This document shows, one piece after another, positions 62,400 through 64,000 of a stretch of DNA of 64,000 bases (its first letter is position 1; each line of letters opens with the position of its first letter). The stretch spans positions 62,001 through 126,000 of the forward strand of contig QPGO01000027.1 of NCBI GenBank assembly GCA_008632985.1, in the 5' to 3' direction. The translations under genes and the position numbers were made by a program. Source of the stretch: Psammoneis japonica. Its lineage: Eukaryota. The notes beneath the pieces were generated by a model, which worked only from the letters and a program-made list of their open reading frames with translations, was not told where the DNA came from and did no database searches.

Positions 62400-64000
62400 T
62401 CACCTCTCCACTCACACAAACATCATGGTTGACATCATGACCCCTGACCCAACAATGCCCTCACTGTTTGCAAGTCCAAGTAATGCTGTCAACAACAACG
62501 TGACAATTGTGAACATGCATCAAGCTTGGCAGCAACAGCCCTTTGTAAAGCATCAGGACACTCGCCACACAAACACCATGGTTGACATCATGACCCCTGA
62601 CCCAACAATGCCCTCACTGTTTGCAAGTCCAAGCAATGCTGTCAACAACAACGTGACAATTGTGAACATGCATCAAGCTTGGCAGCAACAGCCCTTTGTG
62701 AAGCATCAGGACACAAGAACAAGGCAGCAACAGCCCTTTGTGAAGAGCATCGGGGACACAAGAACAAACAAGTTGAGCCGCCTTCTCCAGGAGCAAGTTG
62801 GTTTCAGACAAAACAGAGTTTTTTTAAATGTCTCTGAGAGAGCTGAGACTCATGTTTTTTTGTCATCAGCACATTTTGTTGGGTGGTGGATGTGTGCATT
62901 GGGACTGCTTTCACCCCCCACCAAGAGAAAAAAGCAAGAAACTTTTTGGCAACAACCCACAAGGTTTTCTGTGCATTTCCACGTGCCACACACTTTTGCA
63001 CGAAATTTGTGCAAGACAACTGAGCTCCAGAACACTGACATTTTTTTAATGCAAGCTCACACTTTTTGCTGGGCCACTGAGGAAAGCACAATGGTTAAAA
63101 TTTTGTTTCTTGGCACACAAACAAACAAATCTTTTTCACTTGTTTTAAGCCACCTGTGTGGCTCATTCTGTCTGCATTTTAAACACTTGTTGAGAACAGC
63201 TTCATTTGTTTTTTTCCTTGCATTTGTCAGATCTTAAGTTGCCTGTGTGGCTCACACAAGTGTTTTCTCTGTGTGCTGCAGTTTGCCACTTGCAGAGCAA
63301 AAATCAGTGAAATCGATTCCGTGATGTGCTTGACAAGTGCAAGACCCAGACAAACAACCCAGGTGAGTGTGAACAAGTTGATTGTTGCCACAGTTGCTTT
63401 TAAAAATGATGTGAATGTCACTCAATGCATTGTTCATGCAACATGGCACCACACAGGCGCAGTCTTGTTTTGGTTTCTTGGAAGAAGGGTGGGCTCCAGT
63501 TTTGGGTGGTTGAGATCTGCACTTGTGAGCAAAAAAGAAAAAAGCATGAACAATGTGCACCCTCGGTGTGACACACTCATCTCATTGATGATGTGAATGA
63601 TGCTCACAGATTTTGAACAGACAACTGTGTGTCTGGAATGTCTTTTCGGAAGCCAGATTTGGGTGCCACCTTTTGGAAAGCAACGGATGAAGCACGATCA
63701 AGTTTGCAAAAGTCACAAGTGACTTCAGTCATTTTCATGGGTGTCTCAGACTTCTGTTGTGTGCAAGTGACACTCACAGGGCACAGTGCAACAGTGAGGG
63801 GGTTGTTGCAAGTGTTTTCTTCACCATCCTGCTGTTTGACATGATGACTGCACTCATTCTGGCTGGTGCAAGGGACTCTTGGGGCATTGTTTGTCTTTCT
63901 TGGTTGATTTGTCCCATTTCAACAACTGTGTTGTTCAACAACAATGACAGGTGAACCAGACTGGGCATTTCAGTGGAGAAATGAACATTGTGCATGTGTT
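62400..64000. mobile_element. TpA/CpG-depleted domain 4 (runs off the window)
   Basis: Abrupt TA/CG loss just upstream of the RecQ promoter. Surviving TA are mostly TTAA. Confidence 0.55.
62413..62745 (+). repeat. 153-bp tandem duplication plus a short partial third copy
   Basis: atggttgacatcatgacccctgacc... starts at 62425 and 62578. Partial copy ggcagcaacagccctttgtgaag at ~62722. Confidence 0.95.

Overview
Eukaryotic, gene-dense DNA with short GT-AG introns. The gene families point to a pennate diatom (inference). About 20 ordinary host genes occupy ~6.3-30.8, ~44.2-52.1 and ~54.0-62.3 kb. They include a PAPS-type transporter, a sulfotransferase, an ADP-ribosylglycohydrolase, two inverted NDUFA4 copies, two DnaJ proteins, an amino-acid transporter, a PARP-like/Myb protein, two ricin-lectin/metallopeptidase paralogs, PP2C, ARL2 and a RecQ helicase. 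Four sharply bounded domains interrupt them (~1-6240, ~30830-44120, ~52140-53785, ~62400-64000). In these domains the dinucleotide TpA is almost absent, CpG is variably lost, and TG/CA are abundant. The largest domain holds a decayed Plavaka-like transposase, a PhyH-type 2OG-Fe(II) dioxygenase and a possible methyltransferase-fold ORF; their conserved Tyr positions read as Cys or His. Repeat copies inside the domains differ by TA>TG and TA>CA. The main candidate discovery is a transposon-targeted, strand-symmetric A:T>G:C hypermutation at TpA, the reverse of fungal RIP. The main alternative is a systematic base-calling artefact at a modified base. Many host genes carry single-base indels at homopolymers, which suggests an imperfectly polished assembly. 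All counts are by eye and all family calls come from motif recognition, not database searches.
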